A stretch of 64,000 nt of DNA from an uncultured Candidatus Saccharibacteria bacterium (GTDB taxonomy: Bacteria > Patescibacteriota > Minisyncoccia > 2-02-FULL-40-12 > GWA2-44-9), in contig CAZBFM010000001.1 of NCBI GenBank assembly GCA_964491455.1, forward strand, positions 215,229 to 279,228, in the 5' to 3' direction. Numbering within the stretch: position 1 is the stretch's first letter; every line of letters starts with the position of its first letter. Shown here one piece after another: positions 54,204 through 63,849 of the stretch. The notes below the pieces were generated by a model, which ran no database searches, was not told where the DNA came from, and worked only from the letters and a program-made list of their open reading frames with translations. Position numbers and translations under genes: made by a program.

Positions 54204-54857
54204 ATGCCAAAGAGTGATTTGTTTGATCGAACCGGATACGACAACATGAACCGTGGCCCGTTCTACCTCATCATAGGATCCATCCTTGCATGGGGTTGCA
54301 TCACCACCTACATCGTGTCGTCGATGACCGCCTTGTGGCGGCCGAGCGCTCTTGAGCTGCTCGTAGTGGGACTCGTAATTCCACTGCTGGGCGTCCTGCT
54401 CAGCATATCCGACAGCGCAGTACTGTCGTTTGTCGGATTCAATCTCGTTGCGATTCCGTTCGGAGCTACACTCGGACCTTTGCTGTACCAGTACAACATC
54501 TCAAAGCCTGGACTCGTCACCGAGTGCGCACTCCTGACCGCCGTCGTTGCCGGCGTGATGGCGGTATCGGGATTTCTCTTTCCGAATTTCTATCGCTCGA
54601 TCGGCGGAGTGCTCTTTGGAGCTCTTACGACGCTGATGGTAGTGCTCATCGTGAGCATGTTCGTACCTCAGATCGCCTCCTTCGGCATTGTGCAGTGGGG
54701 CACAGCGACGATTTTCGCGCTCTACATTGGCTACGACATGTGGCGCGCCAGCGACATTCCCGCAACGCTCGACAACGCCGTCGACGTTGCCCTGTCGCTC
54801 TACTTGGATGTCATTAATTTGTTTTTGTCGCTACTCGACATACTGGACGACGACTAG
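54204..54857 (+). CDS. Bax inhibitor-1/YccA family membrane protein
   Basis: 217 aa; 7 TM with the conserved C-terminal region (YLDVINLFLSLLDIL). Confidence 0.7.
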   Translation: MPKSDLFDRTGYDNMNRGPFYLIIGSILAWGCITTYIVSSMTALWRPSALELLVVGLVIPLLGVLLSISDSAVLSFVGFNLVAIPFGATLGPLLYQYNISKPGLVTECALLTAVVAGVMAVSGFLFPNFYRSIGGVLFGALTTLMVVLIVSMFVPQIASFGIVQWGTATIFALYIGYDMWRASDIPATLDNAVDVALSLYLDVINLFLSLLDILDDD

Positions 54858-54869
54858 ACATCTTCACAA

Positions 54870-54908
54870 CCCGTCTGCATGCTCTCAAGCATCGCCGACG
54901 GGTTTTTA
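54870..54908. terminator. Bidirectional terminator between BI-1 gene and dut
   Basis: CCCGTCTGCATGC...GCATCGCCGACGGG imperfect hairpin followed by TTTTTATTT. Confidence 0.45.
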
Positions 54909-55331
54909 TTTGCCGCTGGAGCCGAAGCCCTTGGAGCCACGCTGGGATGATGCAAGCGTCGAGACGATTTTGATGACGGGATGCTGTACATCTTGGATTA
55001 GCATCTGTGCCACTTTGTTGCCCGCCTCAAACTTGATTGTCTTTTTCCCGAGATTGATAAGGCCAACCATAATCTCGCCCCGATATCCCTCGTCGATCAC
55101 ACCCCCGAGGACTTTGAGTCCATGCTTCGTAGCGAGTCCGCTCTTGTCCCAAATGAGGCCTACCGTGCCTCGTGGGAGCTTACAGGCAATACCAGTGGGC
55201 ACTATGGCGCTTTGCTGTGAACGAAGCGAGATGGCTTGTGTCGTGCAAAGATCCATACCAGCGTCACCCACGTGCGCATAGGATGGAACAGTTGCTGCCG
55301 GGTGGAGCTTTTGAATGTGCACTGTTTTCAT
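54906..55331 (-). CDS. dut: dUTP diphosphatase
   Basis: 141 aa; dUTPase motifs (AGMDL, GLIWDKSGL-like, VIDEGYRGEI, RGSKGFGSSG). Confidence 0.9.
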   Translation of the reverse strand: MKTVHIQKLHPAATVPSYAHVGDAGMDLCTTQAISLRSQQSAIVPTGIACKLPRGTVGLIWDKSGLATKHGLKVLGGVIDEGYRGEIMVGLINLGKKTIKFEAGNKVAQMLIQDVQHPVIKIVSTLASSQRGSKGFGSSGK

Positions 55332-56413
55332 GGTGTTGTAGGTTCCGTTAGTTCGATAACTGTGAGCTCAAGTGGCAACGACGCAATTGGACTGGTTCGG
55401 AGCTGAGTGCGAGCGTTCGTGAATGATTGGATCATCCTGACGAGCAGCTTTCCATCCATCGTCGACACAAACTCATCAAATTTCTTTGCCTGCATATCTG
55501 CCATCGAAAGCTTTGCTTGTTGCTGAACAATAGGGTCAATCTTGGCAATCATAATATGTCGAAGGTATTCTAGTAGACCCTTTGCGAGCTGGTCCATATC
55601 AGCACCTTGCTGCGTCACCGTCGCTAGAAACGCCAACGCGCCCCGACGATCGCCTGATACAAGATGCTGTAAAAACGTGGCATGCCACGACAAGGGTACC
55701 AGGCCCAAAATCGATTGCACTGCTACCGCATCAATCTTCCCCGACGAGCTTGATGCTAGCTTTGTGAGCATCACCTCGGCGTCTCGCAGTGCCCCATCGG
55801 ATGCAGCGCAGATTGCACTCACCGCATCGTCGTCAATGTCCAACTTTTCTGCGGTTGCAATCGTGTGAATCTTTTCGGTGATCTCACTCTGGGTAAGACG
55901 CTTAAAATCAAACCGCTGCACACGTGAGAGTATCGTGGGGATGAGCTTATGCGCCTCGGTAGTCGCCAGGATAAATATGACATGTGCTGGCGGCTCTTCG
56001 AGCATCTTTAAAAACGCGTTCGACGCATCCTTGGTAATCATATGCGCCTCATCAATGAGGTACACCTTATAGGTGGAGGACGTCGGAGCGACACCAATCG
56101 TCTCTTTGAGCTCTCGCATGTCGTCGATAGAGCGATTGGAAGCTGCATCAATCTCAATGAGGTCGAGTGACTGCCCATCGGCGATGCTGGTACAGGATTG
56201 GCACGCGCCACATGGTCGCGCTTTTTTGGATGTACAATTGAGCGCCTTGGCGAAGATACGCGCCAGTGTCGTCTTACCCGTTCCACGAGGCCCCGCAAAC
56301 AAATACGCATGGCCAAACCGCTCTTGCTCCAGAGCTCCCCTGAGTGTCCGCACCACGTGATCTTGTCCAACTACTTCATCCCACGTTGTGGGTCGATACG
56401 TACGATTGAGCAT
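55328..56413 (-). CDS. dnaX: DNA polymerase III subunit gamma/tau, short form
   Basis: 361 aa; AAA+ Walker A GPRGTGKTT, Zn module CGACQSC, SRC motif (ILSRVQRF); lacks tau-specific C-terminal domains. Confidence 0.85.
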   Translation of the reverse strand: MLNRTYRPTTWDEVVGQDHVVRTLRGALEQERFGHAYLFAGPRGTGKTTLARIFAKALNCTSKKARPCGACQSCTSIADGQSLDLIEIDAASNRSIDDMRELKETIGVAPTSSTYKVYLIDEAHMITKDASNAFLKMLEEPPAHVIFILATTEAHKLIPTILSRVQRFDFKRLTQSEITEKIHTIATAEKLDIDDDAVSAICAASDGALRDAEVMLTKLASSSSGKIDAVAVQSILGLVPLSWHATFLQHLVSGDRRGALAFLATVTQQGADMDQLAKGLLEYLRHIMIAKIDPIVQQQAKLSMADMQAKKFDEFVSTMDGKLLVRMIQSFTNARTQLRTSPIASLPLELTVIELTEPTTP

Positions 56414-56422
56414 GCCCGAACT

Positions 56423-57034
56423 CTACACTGTTTTTTTGAAAACGAAAACACGAAATCCGACGAAGCTAAAGATCAGCGAGAGCGCGGATCCCGCAATAGA
56501 TGCAATACCAGCCCATGACTCGACGGCTATCGATGCGGGTTGCACCGCATAGACCATTGACGCGACTGCAACATTCACCAAGAGACCAGATACCGCGACG
56601 CTCAGAAATGATAAAAATTCAGCTTTACCACCCGCCGTTGTCGTCGCCTCAAACGTCCATGTTTTGTTCCAGTAGTAGCTATGAACCGTGGCGAAGGAAA
56701 ATGAAATGGCCTTGAAGAGTGAAAACGCGGCGGCTGCCGTCAAGCCAACCCAAGCGACAAGCGCGTAGAACACGCCGAAATCAACAGCGGCATTCGCAAA
56801 ACCGATGCATGCAAAGCGTCCGAATTGCGTGAATGGCTTCATGAATTGTCCGAGTAGATATCCCAGCTGAACACCGGCAACCCATAAAAACGGTATGATC
56901 AACGGCAACACGATGGGATCGATCCCCATGGGCAAGGTACTACCCAAAAAATCCAATACGCGCCACCCGATAAATCCTGTTGTCGCTCCCGTAATTAGTC
57001 CGGAATAGATGTCCTTTTTTGATACGATACGCAT
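56423..57034 (-). CDS. GtrA-family membrane protein with N-terminal extension
   Basis: 203 aa; GtrA-like core FGRFACIGFANAAVDFGVFYAL and four TM. Confidence 0.6.
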   Translation of the reverse strand: MRIVSKKDIYSGLITGATTGFIGWRVLDFLGSTLPMGIDPIVLPLIIPFLWVAGVQLGYLLGQFMKPFTQFGRFACIGFANAAVDFGVFYALVAWVGLTAAAAFSLFKAISFSFATVHSYYWNKTWTFEATTTAGGKAEFLSFLSVAVSGLLVNVAVASMVYAVQPASIAVESWAGIASIAGSALSLIFSFVGFRVFVFKKTV

Positions 57035-57040
57035 ACGAAT

Positions 57041-59458
57041 TTATTTAGATTTATACCGTTGCTGAATCTCTGATTCAACAGTCGCTCGTGGTGTCCCGTA
57101 GCGAAGTCGACTGATTTCAACAAGTGCATCCCGAACATTCTTCCGCGCTTTTGCGTAAATCTCCTTGGATACAAATATGTTGCATGGTCGAGCGACTTGA
57201 CCGTTGACGAGCATACTCACATACGCGTTTTGATTGTCGATATTTGATGTATCCGCAGGCGAGAACACAGGCTCAAATTTGGTCTTTATAAGTGGGCTCT
57301 CTGCGTCTTCGGGACTCACCCGAAATACCATCATTGTGCCCACATTGCCAAACACTGAATCCTTGGTTTTCTCATCAAGTTGCTTTATGAATTGATGTGC
57401 CATGATGAGTGCCAATTTATACTTGCGAGCCTCAGCCAAAATGACATTGATACTTTTGGTGGTCACATTTTGGAATTCGTCCATGTACACGTAGTGAGGG
57501 GCCAAATCCGTGCGCTTGGTGTCGCGCGCCATCGCGGCCCGACGCAACTTACCAACAATCACCATTCCCAAGAGGTCCGCATTCAAGTCACCAATCTTTC
57601 CCTTTGCGAGGTTCACAACGAGAATCTTCTTGTGTTCAATGACGTCTGCAAAATTAATAACACTCGTCGTCTGATTAATGATTGGTCGAAGGAAATCGTT
57701 TGACGTGAACGCGTCGATCTTTGAGGTCACATATCCAGCAAAGTTTGCTAATGATTGATCACCAGTCGTCTTGGTAGCTTCCTCAATCCAGAACTGCTTT
57801 ACGATTTGATTAGATTCGTGCTCCAGTAAGTCATTGCGGAATGCCTCATCGATAAACACTCGAGACATATCTGCTAGCGTGGGCACTCGTCGATCATAAT
57901 TGTCGAGCAAGAGAAACAGGGCGTTTTTGAAGTACCGCTCAAACTGCGGTCCGCCAGACGTGGTCAAGTCGTAGAGCTTGCTCATGATCTCAAACAGCTC
58001 ATCGATAATGAGCGTTTTTTCTTCCGGATGGGCGGGATCAAATTCGAGCATGTTTAAACCCATGGGAAACTCGGTATCCGATGGATCAAAATAGATAACA
58101 TCATCGACGCGCTCCTTGGGCACATAGGCCAGTGCCTGATCGGCAAGTGAACCATGGGGATCGATGACAGTGACGCCCTCTCCTTTGTGGAGGTCGTCAT
58201 AAATCATATGGTTCATCGTAGTGGATTTACCAGTACCCGTCTGACCGATGATATACATATGACGAAGACGGTCTTCTTTGCTCACGCGTAGTTCAGTTAT
58301 TTTCCCGTGATAATCATTGGTGCCAATAACCACTCCTTCAAGTGGGATGCCTGATGGCGGTTCGGACGTTTTGAAATTCTTATAGCGAACGCGCGGCAAA
58401 ATGGCAGATGAAACAGGAAAATGCCAAATACTGGTGAGCTCTTCACTGGAAAGCTCTATTGATTGCCGCGCGTCAAAAAGACGAAACGCGTAGCGATACG
58501 TAAACTGCTCCAGCTCTCTACCTTGTACCTGATTGTATTTGAATGCATTCAGATCGGGCGCTGCAAATTGCGCAAACGCGCCTACGATGTCAGCAACCAT
58601 GTGACCCGCACGCACTTCATCTGCCGCTGATGCCAAAATTCGAACGTTACATTCGAACAGCGGCTTTGATGCCTTTGTCTGCAGCGCCTTGATGAGCCGA
58701 TTCTCGAATTCTGTTGCTACTTTTGGCGGCTGAATGAGCGTGTCAGGCTCATCTTTCTTTTCTTTCTTTGGAGGATTTTTTGCCAGCTTGAGAGCTTTAA
58801 CGAAATCAACGCCAGACTGCATATGTCGTGCGGTGTCCATCGCCAGCTTTCGCAATCCCTTGTCACTTGATGGCCTCACAATAACCTGCACCGATGCGCC
58901 CTCCCCATCTGCCTCCAGACGCGCAAGGGCACCCGCGATCGAACCAAGCGGATCTGAAGGCAAATCCGTATATGTCTGCAGAGGTAATATAAAATTATCT
59001 TTGAGTGACAAGTATCCGCCCGCTACACTCCCCTTCGGGCTAAAGATAGTGTAATCCTGTGATCGCTCCACGCTCGCATCAGGAAAGATCGCCTGTACCT
59101 GCTTCCCAAAGTTTTGCGCGAACGCAGAAGGCACTGCAATATAGAAATGGATCTGTTCACCTTGATGATGCACCGCCATTTCAAGTGCAACCGACGGATT
59201 TCCGTAGAGGAATTTGTTCCAGCCCTTACTGGTGAGCGTGGCAATTGATGAATACAACTGCTCCATGACGCCGATAAGCTTTTTATCGTCTTGCTGTTGT
59301 CCGCCATGCGAGAATCGTGGCAGCGTGAAGGAGAGTAACGTCAGATCCATTGCGCGATGCACCGAACCTCGTGTTCTGACCGAGTTGAGAACGATAAGCG
59401 CAACCACAACAAGCATCAGGAGTACAACGAGCAGCGCGATAACAACCAAGAAGGTCAT
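57041..59458 (-). CDS. Type IV secretion-system-like ATPase of the FtsK/HerA/VirB4-VirD4 clade
   Basis: 805 aa; N-terminal TM; Walker A IIGQTGTGKST at about residue 400; Walker B-like YMDEFQNV; MAHQF motif; domain order fits VirB4/TraC-like, VirD4-type coupling protein not excluded. Confidence 0.55.
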   Translation of the reverse strand: MTFLVVIALLVVLLMLVVVALIVLNSVRTRGSVHRAMDLTLLSFTLPRFSHGGQQQDDKKLIGVMEQLYSSIATLTSKGWNKFLYGNPSVALEMAVHHQGEQIHFYIAVPSAFAQNFGKQVQAIFPDASVERSQDYTIFSPKGSVAGGYLSLKDNFILPLQTYTDLPSDPLGSIAGALARLEADGEGASVQVIVRPSSDKGLRKLAMDTARHMQSGVDFVKALKLAKNPPKKEKKDEPDTLIQPPKVATEFENRLIKALQTKASKPLFECNVRILASAADEVRAGHMVADIVGAFAQFAAPDLNAFKYNQVQGRELEQFTYRYAFRLFDARQSIELSSEELTSIWHFPVSSAILPRVRYKNFKTSEPPSGIPLEGVVIGTNDYHGKITELRVSKEDRLRHMYIIGQTGTGKSTTMNHMIYDDLHKGEGVTVIDPHGSLADQALAYVPKERVDDVIYFDPSDTEFPMGLNMLEFDPAHPEEKTLIIDELFEIMSKLYDLTTSGGPQFERYFKNALFLLLDNYDRRVPTLADMSRVFIDEAFRNDLLEHESNQIVKQFWIEEATKTTGDQSLANFAGYVTSKIDAFTSNDFLRPIINQTTSVINFADVIEHKKILVVNLAKGKIGDLNADLLGMVIVGKLRRAAMARDTKRTDLAPHYVYMDEFQNVTTKSINVILAEARKYKLALIMAHQFIKQLDEKTKDSVFGNVGTMMVFRVSPEDAESPLIKTKFEPVFSPADTSNIDNQNAYVSMLVNGQVARPCNIFVSKEIYAKARKNVRDALVEISRLRYGTPRATVESEIQQRYKSK

Positions 59459-59464
59459 AGCGAA

Positions 59465-59866
59465 TTAAGGCGTGGAGTTGAGTTTGTTGCGATTGACCAA
59501 TTCGTCGTGGAGTTTATCGGTAAGCACATCATGAAGTGCATCGATGATCGCAGGGTTGCCCGTGCGCACCGCTGCCGCAACCGCGTCTTCGACGGAATGG
59601 GTGGATGGCCCAAACGCCATCGTGACCAGCTCCTGTACTTGATCGGAAATATCAGGTGATTCCCAAATAGGAAGGTCGTCGGAATTTGAAGCAGGCGTCA
59701 GCGCATGTGCCTGCACAGCATCTTCAATCTTAGATCCAATCACCTTCTGCACTTCTTCGCGATCAATAGGCGCGCTCTCCGTTACGCCTAGCGCAGCTCG
59801 CCGCACCTGCAGATCTTTTTCCAACTGTGCGATTTGACCGTCGAGACTAGAAGTTGTTTCAACCAT
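59465..59866 (-). CDS. Hypothetical acidic protein upstream of the T4SS-like ATPase
   Basis: 133 aa; 6-nt gap to the ATPase gene suggests co-transcription. Confidence 0.4.
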   Translation of the reverse strand: MVETTSSLDGQIAQLEKDLQVRRAALGVTESAPIDREEVQKVIGSKIEDAVQAHALTPASNSDDLPIWESPDISDQVQELVTMAFGPSTHSVEDAVAAAVRTGNPAIIDALHDVLTDKLHDELVNRNKLNSTP

Positions 59867-59928
59867 ATGTCCAAGTATACCACAGCGATGCTCATGTGCG
59901 TGTTAATTGCTGTGCTACAATAGTTGAT

Positions 59929-61503
59929 ATGAAACGTACTGAACTATTTATTCTTCTCTCGGTGATTGTGATAGCGACGGTGATGCGTCTGTCTGGATTG
60001 ACGTGGGCACCTCCTGGACTCTACCCCGACGAGGCAATGAACGGCAATAATGCGCTCGAGGCGAATCGCACCGGTGACTACAAAACATTTTATCCTGATA
60101 ACAACGGTCGCGAGGGTCTCTTCATTAACATTCAAGCGCAGTCAATAAAGTTGCTTGGAAACACGCCTTTTGCACTACGCGTTGTTTCTGCATTGATGGG
60201 TATCCTCACTGTCTTGGGGACCTATCTTCTCACGAGAAGGCTATTCGATGATTGGCGCATCGCCGCAATAGCCGCATTCTTTATGGCGACAGGTTTTTGG
60301 CACGTTAACTTTTCCCGTATTGGCTTTCGAGCAATTATGGCGCCCCTTCTCACCACGTGGGGCTTTTATTATATGTACCGGGGCATTGAGACGAATAGAT
60401 TACGCTCGTGGGCTATGGCTGGCGTCGTTTTTGGTCTTGGCTTCCATACCTATATAGCGTATCGCGTGATTCCCGGAGCTATCGCACTCACGCTCATTGC
60501 GCTCTGGCTTTCACTACGCGCGGTGTTTCACCACGAGAAATATGTCATTGCCCGACATCAACAATTAGGTGGCGTCGCATTGATGGTTGGCGTCATGCTC
60601 CTGACAATTATTCCGATGGTTTCGTATTTCTATGCAAATCCTCAGGATTTCACGGGGCGAACCGGCCAGGTCGCCGTTTGGGCAAGTGATCATCCAGCTC
60701 AAGCACTCGCTACGAACGTTGCGAAGACATTGGGTATGTTCTTTGTGAAGGGAGATTCCAATTGGCGCCACAACATGGCTGGCGACCCCGTACTCTTGTG
60801 GCCCGTAGCTGCATTCTTTGCGATGGGACTCCTGCACACTATTTGGCGATTCTTTCACTCGTGGAAGCACCGGGGTCATCCGGGACTCGTACAGACAATG
60901 CTTTTGTCGTGGTTCTTTGTGGGGCTACTCCCTGCATTTCTTTCCACGGAAGGATCACCGCATGCGCTGCGCGCGCTCATTATTGCTCCAGCGGTTTACA
61001 TCATGGCCGCTATTGGGTTGCACTGGTGTTACGTGTGGCTGGAACGATGGTATGGGCGTGACGACCACGCAACGGTGTGTCTTCCCTTGCGCTTCATGCC
61101 GGGCAGCTGGGGTCATCGCGTTTGCGTCGGTCGTAGTACCCTTATCGTAGCCATTGCGGTTCTATCGGTGCTCGGTGCCATCGGCATTGTCGACGCTCGA
61201 AGATATTTTGTTGAGTGGGCACAAAGCTCCGTCGTTGCTGATGAATTCACCGCGCGGTATGTACTGGCCGCACAGAGGCTCATGACCTTACCCCCTTCGG
61301 CACTCAAGTACGTCGTCGTACGCAAGGGAGACATCTTAGTCCGCGGAGTTCCGATGTCGAGTCAAACGGTCATGTATCTCACCGACACATGGATGCCCGC
61401 CCAACAAAAAGAGAAAAACATCTACTACATTACTGCTGACCAATTTGCGAAGCGCCAATACCCGCGTAACGCAGTCGTACTCGATTTAGATCCCATTAAA
61501 TGA
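59929..61503 (+). CDS. ArnT/PMT-type (GT-C fold) membrane glycosyltransferase
   Basis: about 525 aa from MKRTELF; first periplasmic loop YPDEAMNGNNA (DE motif), about 11 TM, ArnT-like. Confidence 0.7.
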   Translation: MKRTELFILLSVIVIATVMRLSGLTWAPPGLYPDEAMNGNNALEANRTGDYKTFYPDNNGREGLFINIQAQSIKLLGNTPFALRVVSALMGILTVLGTYLLTRRLFDDWRIAAIAAFFMATGFWHVNFSRIGFRAIMAPLLTTWGFYYMYRGIETNRLRSWAMAGVVFGLGFHTYIAYRVIPGAIALTLIALWLSLRAVFHHEKYVIARHQQLGGVALMVGVMLLTIIPMVSYFYANPQDFTGRTGQVAVWASDHPAQALATNVAKTLGMFFVKGDSNWRHNMAGDPVLLWPVAAFFAMGLLHTIWRFFHSWKHRGHPGLVQTMLLSWFFVGLLPAFLSTEGSPHALRALIIAPAVYIMAAIGLHWCYVWLERWYGRDDHATVCLPLRFMPGSWGHRVCVGRSTLIVAIAVLSVLGAIGIVDARRYFVEWAQSSVVADEFTARYVLAAQRLMTLPPSALKYVVVRKGDILVRGVPMSSQTVMYLTDTWMPAQQKEKNIYYITADQFAKRQYPRNAVVLDLDPIK

Positions 61504-63293
61504 AATTACCTCAACGCATCGAACTTGTTGCACTGTCGTTGGTACTCATCGCAACGGCGCTTGCCATCAGCAGCTCCATCAATGACGCTCCCATCGTTGA
61601 TGAAGTGCCTCATATTGGAGCCGGATACTCCTATGTCACGCAAGGTGATATGCGACTGAATCCCGAGCACCCACCGCTCATCAAAGACCTAGCTGGCCTT
61701 TCGCTTATCCCACTGCTTGGCTTTTCAAATCCCGCCTTTTCCACGACACCCTGGACGACCGACGTGAATGGTCAGTGGAATTTTGGACGATCCGTGATCT
61801 TCCATTCAGGCGTGAATCCAGATGCGATCAAAATGGCCGCACGCATGCCGATGCTACTCGTGTACCTTGTTGCATGCTGGTGCATATGGAAGTGGGCACG
61901 GGAGCGCTATGGAGACACATCGGCCCTGATCGCGATCATTCTCTTTGCCTTCTCGCCGACTATTCTGGGGCATGGCAGGCTCGTGACGACCGACATGGGG
62001 GCGGCAACTGGTATTTTAGTGTCTACATATTTCTTTATTGCGTATTTGCGCAAACAAACGCGCTCGTCATTCCTGCTCGCATCCCTCACCCTGGGACTCG
62101 CGTTATTGGCAAAATTCAACACGGTCCTTCTAGGACCCTACTTCGTTCTCGTTGCGTTTCTTTTTGGTCTCGACGGAGCGTGGAATCGGAGACACGGATG
62201 GCTTCGTGCTTCAACATTTGTATTCAAAACAGCTCTCGTGGGAGCGGTTGCATTTGTCGGAGTGGTGTGGCCCGTCTACATCCTTCATACCATTTCGTAT
62301 CCGGTAGAGCGCCAGCGTTCCGACACCGCTACTATTCTCAATAGCCATCCATCGTCTATCATCAAATCTTCGATTCTCTGGGCATCTGATAAACCTCTGA
62401 TTCGCGGAGCTGCGCAATGGGCGCTCGGTCTTGCCATGGTGCAGCAGCGCAGCGCTGGGGGCAACACCATCTACTACATGGGAAGCGTTGTCACCGCCGG
62501 CGGACCGGGCTATTTCCCAACTGTCTACTTCCTCAAAGAACCACTTGCGTGGTGGATTCTCTTCTCCATGGCGCTCACTGCCTTGGCGTTTCATCACAAG
62601 CGACGACCGACGGATCATAAGCGGGGCCATTTCTGGAGTGACAATACCGAAGAATGGGCTTGGACCTTGTGGCTTGTCATCTATTGGACGATTAGCATGC
62701 GCAGTACCCTTAATATTGGCGTACGACACCTCCTCCCAATCTATCCATTCACTATCCTGTTTATCGCCGGGAGGCTCGGGGTATTGATCGAATGGTTGCG
62801 CGTCCATGATCGACCACGCCTACAATGGTTCTCCCTGGTAATCGCAGGCCTCCTAGGCTGGTACACCTTTGAATCAGTGCGCGTCTGGCCGTCATATCTC
62901 TCATACTTCAACCAGCTTGCCGGAGGTCCAGCAGGCGGTCACCGATTTGTAGCAGACAGCAATCTGGATTGGGGGCAGGATATCAAACGACTCGGCTTGT
63001 GGATGGATCAAAATGGCATTCCCGCAGTTGCGCTGGATTACTTCGGTTGGTCTGATCCTACGTACTATCTCGGAACGAAATACGTGTACACCACGGGTAG
63101 CTATTGGAAGGATGCGAATGATTTTATCAAACGCAACAAGACCGATGGTTGGATTGCGATCTCAGCAACGTTCTATCAAGAGGCAACCAATCGAGCCGAG
63201 CCAGGCAAAAGCACTTATCGCTGGCTTATGGACTACGAGCCCGTAGCAGCAATTGGGAACTCAATCTTCGTTTGGCATATTACGGCAAATTAA
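61500..63293 (+). CDS. PMT_2/ArnT-family (GT-C) membrane glycosyltransferase, second paralog
   Basis: 597 aa; loop-1 DEVPHIGAGY motif, multiple TM, C-terminal soluble domain; ATGA overlap with upstream paralog. Confidence 0.7.
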   Translation: MKLPQRIELVALSLVLIATALAISSSINDAPIVDEVPHIGAGYSYVTQGDMRLNPEHPPLIKDLAGLSLIPLLGFSNPAFSTTPWTTDVNGQWNFGRSVIFHSGVNPDAIKMAARMPMLLVYLVACWCIWKWARERYGDTSALIAIILFAFSPTILGHGRLVTTDMGAATGILVSTYFFIAYLRKQTRSSFLLASLTLGLALLAKFNTVLLGPYFVLVAFLFGLDGAWNRRHGWLRASTFVFKTALVGAVAFVGVVWPVYILHTISYPVERQRSDTATILNSHPSSIIKSSILWASDKPLIRGAAQWALGLAMVQQRSAGGNTIYYMGSVVTAGGPGYFPTVYFLKEPLAWWILFSMALTALAFHHKRRPTDHKRGHFWSDNTEEWAWTLWLVIYWTISMRSTLNIGVRHLLPIYPFTILFIAGRLGVLIEWLRVHDRPRLQWFSLVIAGLLGWYTFESVRVWPSYLSYFNQLAGGPAGGHRFVADSNLDWGQDIKRLGLWMDQNGIPAVALDYFGWSDPTYYLGTKYVYTTGSYWKDANDFIKRNKTDGWIAISATFYQEATNRAEPGKSTYRWLMDYEPVAAIGNSIFVWHITAN

Positions 63294-63471
63294 AACCCCT
63301 ATGAACTGTTTATAGGGGGAGCTCGGGGCGCGAAACGATCAGCGAGACAATCGCCGTCCCCGAGCACGTCGGCTAAAGAACTACAACGCAGTTGTCACGG
63401 TACTCGCTTTTGTCTACCGTGAAATCCAAGGGCACCTTTTCTGAGGCGAATTGCTGCGTGCAATCCTAGAG

Positions 63472-63849
63472 CCCTGGAATAGACAGATAGTCTGCTATCT
63501 TCCTATTTCAAGTCTCCAGTAAAAAGTCCCGGCGGAAGCAGAGATGCGAGAAGAACTCTGCTCCGCCGGAAAGTCATACTACGACGTGGCAGTCATTACT
63601 GAGCCGCCGTTCGCGGAGAGATTGCATCTCGCACTCACAATCCCATTCAGGACAATCCCTTTTCACTTGCAATAAGTAAAAGCGAGGATAGCATCGCCGC
63701 GGCGCCGATGTAGTTCCGTCCAAGCCCTGACACAAATCAGTACGTGAGAAGTATGGACTTGTGTAAGGGCCGGGGGTGCGTTAACGTTACGCCGTTCGCG
63801 CAGCCCCGGGTACGGCTTATTTTATCATTCTAATGGTACAGCCCCAGGG
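63472..63849 (+). ncRNA. Candidate RNase P RNA (rnpB-like), hand-assigned
   Basis: ORF-free tail. Putative P1 CCCTGG(63472)/CCAGGG(63844); long P3-like hairpin 63529-63569; GGAAAGUCAUAC (63568-63579) resembles CR-I and pairs 8/9 with GUACGGCUU (63811-63819), followed by GGCUUAU like CR-V; AAGUAAAAGCG resembles GGUAAGAGCG. Confidence 0.3.

Noticed and set aside
47909-54906. Classical integrative element or prophage at tRNA-Gln
   Set aside because: No integrase or recombinase. No direct repeat of the tRNA 3' end downstream. No phage structural genes. Only the first gene is compositionally anomalous.
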